Assembly: GCA_951406725.2 (NCBI GenBank)
Contig: OX597821.1
Location: 98,580,001 to 98,644,000, forward strand
Reading direction: 5' to 3'
DNA length: 64,000 nucleotides
Source: Octopus vulgaris
Lineage: Eukaryota
A program made the position numbers and the translations under genes. The notes under the pieces were generated by a model. It saw only the letters and a program-made list of their open reading frames with translations, did not search any database and had not been told where the DNA came from. This document shows positions 39,084-50,422 of the stretch, in pieces; position 1 is the first letter of the stretch; the number at the start of each line of letters is the position of its first letter.

Positions 39084-39564
39084 TGGTTTATCAACCCAAA
39101 AAGGACGCAAGGCAAAATCGACCTTGCTGGAATTTGAACTCAGAATGTAAAGGCTGACCAAATGCCTCTAAGCATTTTGTTCAGCGTGCTAACAGTTCTG
39201 CCAGCTCGCCACCTTAATAACAACAACAATAGTAATCATAATCCTTTCTACTAAGCACAAGACGCAAAATTTGCGGGGAATGGCTGGTTGATTATATCAC
39301 AACTGGTACTTGTTTCATCAACCTCGGTGGCATTTGAATCAGAACATCAGAAAAACGAAATGCCACGAAGCATTTTACCCAGCACAGTAAGGATTCTGCC
39401 AACTCACCACCCTAACAATAATAATCCTTTCTACTAATAGGCACAAGGCCTGAAATTTGGCAGGAAGGGATAGTTGATCACATCAGCATCAACTCTGAAA
39501 GGAGGAAAGGCAAAGTCAACCTCGGCCAAATTTGAATTCAGTATGTAGCAACAGATGAAATACC

Positions 39565-39800
39565 TATTTCTTTACTACCCACAAGGGGCTAAACACAGAG
39601 AGGACAAACAAGGACAGACAAACTGATTAAGTCGATTATATCGACCCCAATGCATAACTGGTACTTAATTTATCGACCCCGAAAGGATGAAAGGCAAAGT
39701 CGACCTCGGCGGGATTTTAACTCAGAACGTAACGGCAGACGAAATACGGCTACGCATTTTAGTCCGGCGTGCTAACGATTCTGCCAGCTCACTACTTCAT
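39565..39800 (-). mobile_element. Young SINE family C nested in an older C-related SINE
   Basis: 16-bp TSD CAACAGATGAAATACC at 39549-39564 and 39801-39816. Confidence 0.88.
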
Positions 39801-39858
39801 CAACAGATGAAATACCACTAGGCACTTCGCCCAGCATGATTCTACCAGCTCACTGCCC

Positions 39859-39896
<38 letters not shown>

Positions 39897-39899
<3 letters not shown>

Positions 39900-40448
39900 G
39901 CCCTGATGCAGTACCAGGCAGTGGCTCTCATGGCTTCTGATCTTAAATGATTGGAAGTGTTATCATGTACATTGTTTTGTCTTGGTGTAAAAGATAGGCT
40001 TACAGCAAATATTCTGCTCAGTACCACAGATTTGCTTCTGAGTTGCTTGACCATAACCAGCTGTCCCTTGGTGGTTGACGATGTGTGCATCTATGATCTT
40101 GAGCAGAAGTAGTGGGGGAGCCTCATCATAGCCATGTGTTGAGAGGGATTCTTTGGGGTTTGAATAATTCACCTCTGGAAACATTGGTGTTTCATTCAAC
40201 ACCCTTAAACAACCCTTATTCAGGGACCTTTTCAGTGGGATGGGCTACTTGACCTGAAGGAATTTCTAACTGGGTCCCACCTGCAAGGTTGTGTGCTGTT
40301 TATCTTCATATGAGATCCCCATGTCGCACACGTATGGTTGTGATGCATGTGTCTGGTGTACCCTTATCACATGAGTAGTCCTGATGGGTATACTGGGCTT
40401 TGTATATTTGTACGCCAGTGCAACTTTGATGGCATGCACTGCTCTCTC
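39897..40448 (+). mobile_element. ~550-bp non-coding repeat family E in (TAA)n
   Basis: Starts AATGCCCTGATGCAGTACCAGGCAG, ends GCACTGCTCTCTC; (AAT)n on both sides. Confidence 0.8.
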
Positions 40449-40745
40449 AATAATAATAATAATAATAATTCTTTCTAGTTCTGATGCAGGCCAGCAGTTT
40501 TGAGGGGAGGGTCAAGTCGGTTACATCAACTTCAGTACTCAACTTGTACTTGTCTTATTGTCCCTGAAAGAATGAGAAACAAAGTTAACTTTGGCAGAAT
40601 TTGAAATCAGAATGTAAAAAAGCAGAAGAATTGCTGCTAAGCATTTTTGTCTGACACACTAACATTTCTACCAGTTCAGTGACTTCATAATAATAATAAT
40701 AATGATTTCTGATTCAAGCATGAGGCCAGTAGTTTTTAGAGAAGG

Positions 40746-41030
40746 AACCATCCGAACGTGGCCGTTGCCAGCGCCGCCCCGATTGGCCTGGTGCCGGTGG
40801 CACGTAAAAAGCACCATCCGATCGTGGCCATTGCCAGCCTTGTCTGGCACATAAAAAGCACCCCCTACACTCACGGAGTGGTTGGCGTTAGGAAGGGCAT
40901 CCAGCCGTAGAAACACTGCCAGATCAGACTGGGCCTGGTGCAGCTTTCTGGCTTCCCAGACCCCAGTTGAACCGTCCAACCCATGCTAGCATGGAAAGCG
41001 GACGCTAAACGATGATGATGATGATGATGA
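40746..41030 (+). mobile_element. Family A
   Basis: Tandem units, conserved 3' end and (GAT)n. Confidence 0.8.
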
Positions 41031-41614
41031 AGTTAGTTAATGTCATCAATCCCAGTACCTGACAGGTACGGTATTTTATTGGCCCTGAAAGATTCAATTT
41101 TGCCTGGGACCTATAACTTGGCAAGCACTAGTTGGTGCCTTTTTAACTAAAAGAAGAGTCCATTGTGCGTGCGTGTGTGTGTGTGCACGCGTATGTGTGT
41201 GTGCACGCGTATGTGTGTGCGCGTATGTGTGTGCGCGTATGTGTGTGCGCGTGTAAGTGCGTCCGTGTGTGTGTGTGTGTGTGTGTATTAATAACAATTG
41301 CTTTTCTGTCAAGTTATGCAAAAAAACTAATTTAACAGTAAACTAAAGGATTACTCAGTACTTTTTAGTAGAGTACATATTTATTAAACTTTTACTAGGC
41401 AAAGGTTGACAGTGACTTCAAAGTTTAAACTTGTTTGCCTTTGTGTGTGTGTATGTGTGAGTGTGTGCGTGTGTGTGTGTTCATGTCACCTTGTTTTGAG
41501 ATTGTGTGCTAATTGTAAACAAGCAGCACTGTCATACAAGCGACGTTCAGTTGTGATCTTCTCTGAAAACATGTACTGCCATTATTTATTTATTTCTTCT
41601 TTCTTTCTTTTTTT

Positions 41615-42008
41615 CTTTTACTTGTTTCAGTCATTTGACTGCGGCCATGCTGGAGCACCGCCTTTAGTTGAGCAAATCGACCTCGGGACTTATTCTTTGT
41701 AAGCCCAGTACTTATTCTATCGGTCTCTTTCTGCCGAACCGCTAAGTGACAGGGGACGTAAACACACCGGCATCAGTTGTCAAGCAATGCTAAGGGGACA
41801 AACACAAACACACGCACATACATATATATATATATACATATATACGACAGGCTTCTTTCAGTTTCCGTCTACCAAATCCACTCACAAGGCATTGGTCGGC
41901 CCGGGGCTATAGCAGAAGACACTTGCCCAAGATGCCTCGCAGTGGGACTGAACCCGGAACCATGTGGTCGGTTAACAAGCTACTTACCACACAGCCACTC
42001 CTGCGCCT
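41615..42008 (-). mobile_element. SINE family B (upstream intron of PAQR)
   Basis: Full-length copy. Confidence 0.9.
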
Positions 42009-42550
42009 GTTCAAAAGGCTAGAAAAATATTACCTTGACTTGGGAATAAATCCCTGTTGGCAACAGCGATAGAAAGTCTGCTTCAACAGATTTCATCTGA
42101 ACCAAACAAATTTGGAAAAGCAGATAATATGATGACAATGATGAGAATAACACTTAACATTCATTTTTTAAATTCACATTGGTGTGGAAGTATTTTGTTA
42201 GGGTAGTTGTTGTTGCTTAGTCTCAAATCCAGCTGGACTATGATCAAAGGTGCTCCAGCTAGGACCATGCTGTCTTATTTTTCAAATACAGTATGACTAC
42301 TTTATCTAGTGTGTCTTTCATTTTTGTAGTTGGTAAGATGTGATTTGAGGGAAATTTTGGTTATTTCTGGCAGGTTAATCAAACACATACTAGCACTATT
42401 TTTGATGTTATAGGGCAGTTGTATTTACTGCTGACTGATGGCCCTTTCTATTACTAACCATTCACCTGTGAAGTAGGTGTGGAACCCAGATCAAGTAGAG
42501 TTAAGTGCTATACCTAGCACCTTACTTAGCCACTTTTTTCATGCTTTTGT

Positions 42551-42938
42551 TAGGTGCAGGAGTGGCTGTGTGGTAAGTAGCTTGCTTACCAACCACATGG
42601 TTCCGGGTTCAGTCCCACTGCGTGTCTTCTACTATAGCCTCAGGCCGACCAAAGCCTTGTGAGTGGATTTGGTAGGCGGAAACTGAAAGAAGCCCGTCAT
42701 ATATATGTATATATATGCGTGTATGTGTTTGTGTGTCTGTGTTTGTCCCCCTAGCATTGCTTGACAACCGATGCTGGTGTGTTTACGTCCTCGTTACTTA
42801 GCGGTTCGGCAAAAGAGACCGATAGAATAAGTACTGGGCTTACAAAAGAAAAAGTCCCGGGGTCGAGTTGCTCGATTAAAGGCGGTGCTCCAGCATGGCC
42901 GCAGTCAAATGACTGAAACAAATAAAAGAGTAAAAGAG
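42551..42938 (+). mobile_element. SINE family B (upstream intron of PAQR)
   Basis: Full-length copy with a small internal deletion; inverted relative to 41615-42008. Confidence 0.9.
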
Positions 42939-43204
42939 CTATAGATTTCTGCAGTATTACATATCTAGTGGTACTTTGGTCAGTTAAAATGGAATAGAGT
43001 TAGTTGCATGGCTGGAACTTTTAGTACAATAGACTTGATGCATTATAGCCTTTAGTTTTTGTACAGCTAGCTGTTGAGTTAAAAGACCACGATACAGTGA
43101 TTGTGGTAAGATTTGAGTGTGAATATTTACAACTACTGATTGAAATTATGTTTATTGTTGTTTGTTCAAAATTGATGTAGGTTTATCAATACATGAAATA
43201 TATT

Positions 43205-43239
43205 CACTGACTTTCTGTGCTTTTTGTTTATTTTACTAG
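43205..43239 (+). promoter_or_regulatory. 3' splice site (branch point, polypyrimidine tract, AG) of the intron preceding the PAQR coding exon
   Basis: CACTGAC branch-like motif at 43205-43211, T-rich tract, then TAG|G with the exon starting at 43240, 20 nt before the ATG. Confidence 0.75.
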
Positions 43240-43259
43240 GAAATACTTCAGCTGAAGAA

Positions 43260-44279
43260 ATGGTACAACTAATGAAGCCAACTGTTTCAAAAGAACATGT
43301 TCCCCTCCTCTTTCACGAACCACATGTTTTGTCTGGTTTCCGACACATCCACCAACCATGGACTTACTACTTTCTCAGCTTATTTCAAATACATAACGAA
43401 TGTCTGAACTCATGGACTCATCTCATTGCAATGCTCCTTGTCATCAAGAAAATGATGACCTTCTCCAAGGAATTCAGCCTATTCACTGACCCTTACATGT
43501 GGCCTTTGACCTCAGGTATTATAAGTATTGTCATTTTATATCTCTGCAGCAGCTTGGCCCATTGCCTGCAATCACGTTCTGAACTTGCCCATTACACATG
43601 CTTCATGTTTGATTATGCTGGAATTGGTCTCTATGGAATTGGCAGTATTATTCTTCATTACAACTACTGCATGCTTCCGTCTTTCAACATTGGAATTTTG
43701 CAGAGCTGGATCATTCCTGTTGGAGTGATCCTTGGTGTTTGCGTGTGTCTCTGTTGCAGTATTTCAAAAGTGCGGTACAAACGACCTTACCCATTTATTC
43801 GAAAAGTCTGGCAACTGGGTTCTGTTGGCGGAATCTATGCATTACTTATTTTACCAATCGCACATCGGGTTTTATTAATGATTTTGACATCGGAGTGGGA
43901 CAAAGGCCTCCCACATCACATAGAACAGATGATCTGGTTTATAATGGCTGGGTTCTTCTTTGGTTCAGACATTCCACAGCGTTTCTTCCCTGGAAAATTC
44001 GACTTTTTGGGACACAGTCACCAGTTGTTTCATATTTGTATCATGATGGTCTCATGGAAGCAGCTGGATGGTATTTACGAAGATATAGTAGAATGGAAGA
44101 CATCATTGTATGAGAAAGACCCTCCAACATTTTCTAGCACATTTGGGGCGATATTTTTGACAATCTTTATAAATTTAATTGTTGTTGTTATTTTCACGGA
44201 AAGCGCAAAACAATTCATTAATCAAGGGAAATCCTGTGAGAGAAAAACAGACCATATCTCGGTGAAGAAAAAAAACTAA
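43260..44279 (+). CDS. PAQR7/8-like: Membrane progestin receptor, PAQR family (mPR alpha/beta; PAQR7/PAQR8-like), 339 aa, single coding exon
   Basis: Uninterrupted ORF with PAQR motifs EPHVLSGFR, HNECLNSWTH, SSLAHCL, DYAGI and PQRFFPGKFDFLGHSHQLFH, plus about 7 hydrophobic helices. First in-frame ATG is at 43260, just after a splice acceptor; the track's TTG start at 43224 lies in the intron polypyrimidine tract. Confidence 0.95.
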   Translation: MVQLMKPTVSKEHVPLLFHEPHVLSGFRHIHQPWTYYFLSLFQIHNECLNSWTHLIAMLLVIKKMMTFSKEFSLFTDPYMWPLTSGIISIVILYLCSSLAHCLQSRSELAHYTCFMFDYAGIGLYGIGSIILHYNYCMLPSFNIGILQSWIIPVGVILGVCVCLCCSISKVRYKRPYPFIRKVWQLGSVGGIYALLILPIAHRVLLMILTSEWDKGLPHHIEQMIWFIMAGFFFGSDIPQRFFPGKFDFLGHSHQLFHICIMMVSWKQLDGIYEDIVEWKTSLYEKDPPTFSSTFGAIFLTIFINLIVVVIFTESAKQFINQGKSCERKTDHISVKKKN

Positions 44280-44306
44280 CTTGTAGAAATTTTTCCAAAT
44301 ATTTAA

Positions 44307-44312
44307 AATAAA
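44307..44312 (+). promoter_or_regulatory. Candidate proximal polyadenylation signal AATAAA for the PAQR gene
   Basis: AATAAA about 30 nt after the stop codon; AT-rich context makes a chance match likely. Confidence 0.25.
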
Positions 44313-44384
44313 TGTATGCAGATGTGATAAGAGGAACAAAAAAAAAAGTAGAACATCTTTGTATATTGTCATGCACACACACAT

Positions 44385-44446
<62 letters not shown>

Positions 44447-44770
44447 TCACACATATAAAATACTGTATTGGCTAAAAATCATAGGTTATATTTTGTAGTA
44501 CAGTATAGTATTGCAAAGGTAAAAAAACCAGTTAGCACACCAATAACATGTGTGTGCGTGTTTGTATGTGCATATGGAAGTAATGTATAATATGTTTACA
44601 AATCAATGTGCTTAATTTCATAATGAAAATATAGAATCTGTAGATAATGAGATAAAGATGGGAGCCTTGGCAGTTGGAAGTAAGGGTCAAACCAGTCAGT
44701 TTTTCACACTGAGTCTAAATCTCTGTTTATTAAACACATTATACATGACTTCTGTATTCATATTTACAAC

Positions 44771-44805
<35 letters not shown>

Positions 44806-45751
44806 TCATGCATGTAAACAAGCTTCAATGTGTGTGTGTGTGTGTGTGCATGTGTGTGTGCTTAGATTAATGGTTTTTGTAGTTGTTTATTTACATAGAA
44901 TTTCAATAACAAATATATATGGTTGTTTTACAGCAATCCTATTGACCACTGCTTCTTATCTTCTTACTCATGCCCCCCACTGTCACATAAATATCCACAC
45001 AGAACAGGCAAAAGTGTCAGGAATAAGGCTGATGTCCATAATCAAGCCAGCTCAGTTAGGTTAAAAACGCATGGCATGCCTTGCTTCCTATCTCAGCTGT
45101 TTGTTAAACTCCTCCTTTTCAAACCAACACCAGCACCTTGCTTTAACCCGATGAAGGACAACTTCCACTAAATCACTGCCCCCACCAAAGCATAAATCCA
45201 CTGTTCATCACATTGTCATATATTGGCCCCTAAAACAAACCAGTATAACTGTTACATAAGTAATATATACATGTTTATATATATATATATGTGTGTATGT
45301 GTGTGAGAGAGAGAGAGAGACAACAAGCAATGAAAAAGTCAAATTTGAGCTCCCACATAATCATCTTCATCATTATCATCATACTTATCGTCATACTTAT
45401 TGACTACTAGCATTAAACCAATTTGTACTCCTTCCTTAATATTTTTGTCGCTGTGCCTCTATTAGAAACTGTTACAGATGGCAAATGGTTGAATCCAGAA
45501 ATGGGATGTATATAATATACCTATTATATGTATTTATATATACTTACATATATATATACCTCCACAGTTTGAAGAGGTATATGGCCTTCACCATTCTGAC
45601 AAGTCATCCGTAAAGCTAAGTGTTTTATGGGTGTGAAACCATTGGTTGCTCTATCACCAGACATATACTTAACTGCAGATATATATGTATATATATATAT
45701 ACATGGAAGTGGAATGAGTGCTCAACACTGCATTGGTGGATAAATAATTTC

Positions 45752-45916
45752 GCTACCATTGCTTTCATGTTATGACGAGTGGGAAAATATCCAAGTATGT
45801 TAATTTTTCAAGCCGATCACATGGAGGTGAACACTTTTCTCTATGTGATCAGCTTGGAAAATTGTTAAGATACTTGGATATTTTCCCACTCTTCTTAACA
45901 TGAAACTAATGGTAGC
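45752..45916. repeat. 165-bp imperfect palindrome (foldback/MITE-like)
   Basis: GCTACCAT..GAGTGGGAAAATATCCAAGTAT..GATCACAT / ATGTGATC..ATACTTGGATATTTTCCCACTC..ATGGTAGC. Confidence 0.9.
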
Positions 45917-45954
45917 CTTAAGTCACAAATAAAATATATATATGTATGATTGTG

Positions 45955-46016
<62 letters not shown>

Positions 46017-46055
46017 AAAAGAGGGTGTGTATTTCCATGCAGGAAAAATATAGGC

Positions 46056-46315
46056 AAATTTGATGTTGAAAATGCACCTAAATTTGATAAACTGGTAATT
46101 GTTTCAATTAAATTTATTTACATATATACCAAACTAATTTCAACAATATTTTTTGTTTATCAATGGTAAAAATTTAGAATTATGAATTTAATTCTAAAAT
46201 GTTATCATTTATAAACAATAAATATTGTTGAAACTAGTTTGGTATATATGTAAATAAATTTGATTTAAACAATTACCAGTTTATCAAATTTAGGTGCATT
46301 TTCAACATCAAATTT
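46056..46315. repeat. 260-bp near-perfect AT-rich palindrome
   Basis: Arms of about 127 bp, about 8 mismatches by eye, 6-nt loop; the same peptide KFDVENAPKFDKLVIV appears on both strands in the ORF track. Confidence 0.95.
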
Positions 46316-46382
46316 ATATATATATGTATGTATGTGTGTGTGTGTATGTATGTATGTATGTATGTATGTATGTATGTATGTA

Positions 46383-46429
<47 letters not shown>

Positions 46430-46438
46430 ATGTGTGTA

Positions 46439-46473
<35 letters not shown>

Positions 46474-46882
46474 ATGCATGCATGTATGTATGTGTATATA
46501 TTTGTATGTATATGCATTTAGGTGTACTAGTAAAGGAAAACACACTCTGTACATGTCATACAGTACTTTCAGTTATATGAAGCTGTTACTACTCCATTTT
46601 CCAATTTCTATTACATTTCTTAGAATTCTGACAAGAAAAGACTCATCTTCATTTAAAGAAACACTACTCTGTTGTATTGAGTACATTTTCTCCCTCTTTT
46701 GTACACCCAAATACAAACATGCATCTATGTATCTCTGTTTGTGTGTATTGACTTTTATGGTGTAAACAATTCAAGCCCAGGAAGATTGATTTCAGGCTCA
46801 TTATACTTAAATAGATTACAGTCTATATCTCTCTAGAAAATGCTGTTTAGCACAAAAGTCATTTAACTAATTTACATATATT

Positions 46883-47295
46883 CATCATCATCATCATCAT
46901 CATCATCATTTAGCGTCCGCTTTCCATGCTAGCATGGGTTGGACGGTTCAACTGGGGTCTGTGAAACCAGAAGGCTGCACCAGGCCCAGTCTGATCCGGC
47001 AGTGTTTCTACGGCTGGATGCCCTTCCTAACGCCAACCACTCTGCGCGTGTAGTGGGTGCTTTTTACGTGCCACCCGCACAGGAGCCAGACAGAGCTGGC
47101 AAACGGCCACGAACGGATGGTGCTTTTACGTGCCACCGGCACAGGAGCCAGACAGAGCTGGCAAACGGCCACGAACGGACGGTGCTTTTACGTGCCACCG
47201 GCACGGGGGCCAGGCGAGGCTGGCAACAGACACCTACGGATGGTGTTTTTTTACGTGCCACCGGCACGGAGGCCAGACGGGGCGGCGCTAGCAAT
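46883..47295 (-). mobile_element. Family A with four internal tandem units
   Basis: GTGCTTTTACGTGCCACCGGCAC repeated four times at about 60-bp spacing. Confidence 0.85.
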
Positions 47296-48512
47296 ACATT
47301 GACAATACATTTACATTGACGTAACTTTTAAACCTAAAGATGTACACATTATTCGGTTGTTGCTTCCCTTATGCATTCCATATTTGAAGACCATAGTGTT
47401 CTACGCATTTACCCCCATGTACAACTACTGTTGCTACTACTAGTACTTCTACTACTACTACTACTCCAACTCCTCCTCCTACTACTACCACCACCACCAC
47501 TACTACTACTACTACTATGTACTGCTATTGATGTCAATATTGAAGCAGTTTTAAAGGAAGGATTGAAAGTAATGAATCAACTAAAAAGAGAGCAGTGTGC
47601 TGTCAGTTTTCTACATACATCATCTGTTTTAAAGTATATAATCTACACTATTTTATTAGCAAACAATGTTACCTGTGTAATTGTATGCCTTTTTGTAAGG
47701 AATTGGCATGACAGGTGAAACAGTGTTCACAGACTTTACGAGTTCTTGTAAAATGGGGTCAGAGACAGCTGGTTCAGTTGCTCACAGTTATTCTTTGATG
47801 TCATTAGTCAAAAGGAAAGCATGAAAGGAGTACCTTACTCCTGAGTTTGGTCTGTTTCATAAGTTACTCCAGATCACAGAGACTGTAAACGGCAGCGGTA
47901 TGATACAGCTTGTTACTATTGTTATTGGCTTCCTGGCACTAACCTGTCAAGAACCTAGGCTACCTCCATAGGGTCAGCACATATGGAATGTGTATCTAGT
48001 TAGGTGTGTGTATGTATACAATGCAAAAAGTATTTTACTATCCTTCATATCACCTGAATGAGACTCAGCATTCCTTGTGTGTGTGTGTGTGTATGTATAT
48101 ATATCTATATCTGTCTGTCTGTATGTATGTATATATGTATGTATGTATGTATATGCATATACATATGGCAAATATTCTTCTTACCCTATATGCATATACA
48201 GAAAACCAAAAGTTGATATTTTGAATGCATTTAACATGCATGTTTCAAGTAGTTATATAGGATAACTACTATGTTATACTACTCTCTTCAGTCACTATTT
48301 CATTGTGTGTGTGTGTGTAGCTGGGTCATCACTATCATCATTTTTTAATATCCATTTTTCCATATTTGAATGGATTAGATGGTATAAAAACCATATGTGC
48401 AAGAGAAATGATTGTACTGGTACAGAGATTAAACATTGATGTATGGTCAGCTGTGGGACAAAAAGTGATGTAATGGTTGTTGAAGAGTGAAAACTGAGGA
48501 AGACATGAGAAT

Positions 48513-48820
48513 ATCATCATCATTATCATCATCGTTTAGCGTCCGCTTTCCATGCTGGCATGGGTTGGACGGTTCAACTGGAGTCTGGGAAGCCAGAAGG
48601 CTGCACCAGGCCCAGTCTGATCTGGCAATGTTTCTATGGCTGGATGCCCTTCCTAATGCCAACCACTCCATGAGTGTAGTGGGTGCTTTTTATGTGCCAG
48701 ACGAGGTTGGCAAACAGCCACGATCGGATGGTGCTTTTTACGTGCCAGCAGCACGGAGGCCAGTCGGGGCTGCGCTGGCAACGGCCACGCTCGGATGGTT
48801 CTCTTACGTGCCACCGGCAT
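48513..48820 (-). mobile_element. Family A
   Basis: As above; further copies at 51725-51925, 51957-52100 and 57690-57805. Confidence 0.8.
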
Positions 48821-50002
48821 CACAGCTACGATTTCCATTGATGTTGATTGATTTTGATCTTGATTTTGTTTTTGTTTTTCACTTGCTTCAACAGGTCTTC
48901 ACAAGTGGAGTTTTGTGTCCCAAGAAGGAAAGGTATGCATAAAGTGGACTGAGGCCATGGGTTATGGCCTCACTTGTCCTGCCAGGTCTTCTTACGCACA
49001 GCATACTTATAAGGTGAAATCTCAGCATGGCGGATCATAGTGTGGAATAAAAGTTAACATTAAAATGTAATGATCAAGTTTTACTGATGTAATATAGTCA
49101 GGTAAAAATCTTTGATTTACTGGGATTATCCAAGTAATTAGTAAGCAAAAACTCCCAAAGAGAGTGTTTAAAATCTAAAAGCGGCTACAAGCAAAGCCAA
49201 CAACACTTGACCAATTAATCAAACATTTTGGGCATTGTAAACAATTCAAGCTGGAGTAGATTTGGTCTTTAAACTCACACACTCATACACACACACAAAT
49301 GCATTTTTTCTTTCATTTGAATTGATCAATCTTTGTAAAATTATATATATATTTACCTTTTATATGTCTGCTTTCATCAAGCTTTGTGACTCTTCTATAC
49401 TAGAAAGGAATCATCTCTCTTTGATCATCAGCATTTTTCTCTTGAAGAAGTTGGGATGAAACAGAATTTATTGTTAAAATTTGAGGGGAAAATAATTGCC
49501 TAATTTGCGATAAAAAGGAAGATTGATACGTTTGGGTAGATAGGAAGAACATAAGAGTGATGTTGAGAGGAGAAATGAGTTTTGAAAGAAAAATATAAGT
49601 TGAGGCATGAGAGAAATAGGGAGGGTGGGAGGTGAAATGGGGGAAGGATGAAATAGTTTAAAGTGAATTACAGATTTATTACATAATAAATCTGTTGGGA
49701 GGAGAGGATGAATATTGGGGGAAATAATAAGCTAAAGAGATGAGAGAGAGAGAATAGAAGATAGTAAAAGGAAAAAAAAGATCTAAAATGAAGCAATTAC
49801 AATTATCCATGCATTTATATGGCTTTAGCCCAGTGAAGGTGGTGTTTGCCACTTACATAATAGGTGATTTTCGAAGTGTTTACATTTTCTGAACTTCTTT
49901 GATGTCTGGATTACGGAGGCTTTACACGATTCTCCTTTTATCTGTCATACATAGTTTTGCTGATGACTCTGTGTGTGTGTATGTGCATGTTATTATTTTT
50001 CA

Positions 50003-50049
<47 letters not shown>

Positions 50050-50321
50050 CACGTGACCGACCAGACCATCAGATGTTGTTACACATCGCTGGTCACATTG
50101 CGTTCGCATTGTTTTAGCCTTCGAATGACGCCACCCCGCTGGCTAAGCGAGCAGGCCAAAAGACGAAAGAGTGGGAGAAAGAGTGGTGAAAGAGTACAGC
50201 AGGGATCACGACCCCCTGCTGGAGCCTCGTGGAGCTTTTAGGTGTTTTCGCTCAATAAACACTCACAACGCCCGGTCTGGGAATTGAAACCGCGACCCTA
50301 ACCACTAGGCCATTGCGCCTC

Positions 50322-50324
<3 letters not shown>
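50050..50324 (-). mobile_element. SINE family D variant with a different 3' half, in (TA)n
   Basis: Shares the head and about 150 bp with family D, then an unrelated tail. Confidence 0.8.
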
Positions 50325-50370
<46 letters not shown>

Positions 50371-50422
50371 TCAGTAATTCATATATCCAAAAAGAAGCAT
50401 ACACTAAAACATTAGAGTAATA

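Noticed and set aside
43224-43259. Extended PAQR N-terminus MFILLGNTSAEE from the ORF track
   Set aside because: Starts at TTG in the polypyrimidine tract upstream of the AG acceptor; ATG 43260 is preferred, though an upstream coding exon cannot be fully excluded.
47055-47290. Regularly spaced repeats resembling a CRISPR array
   Set aside because: The 'spacers' are similar to each other and the block is the internal minisatellite of family A.
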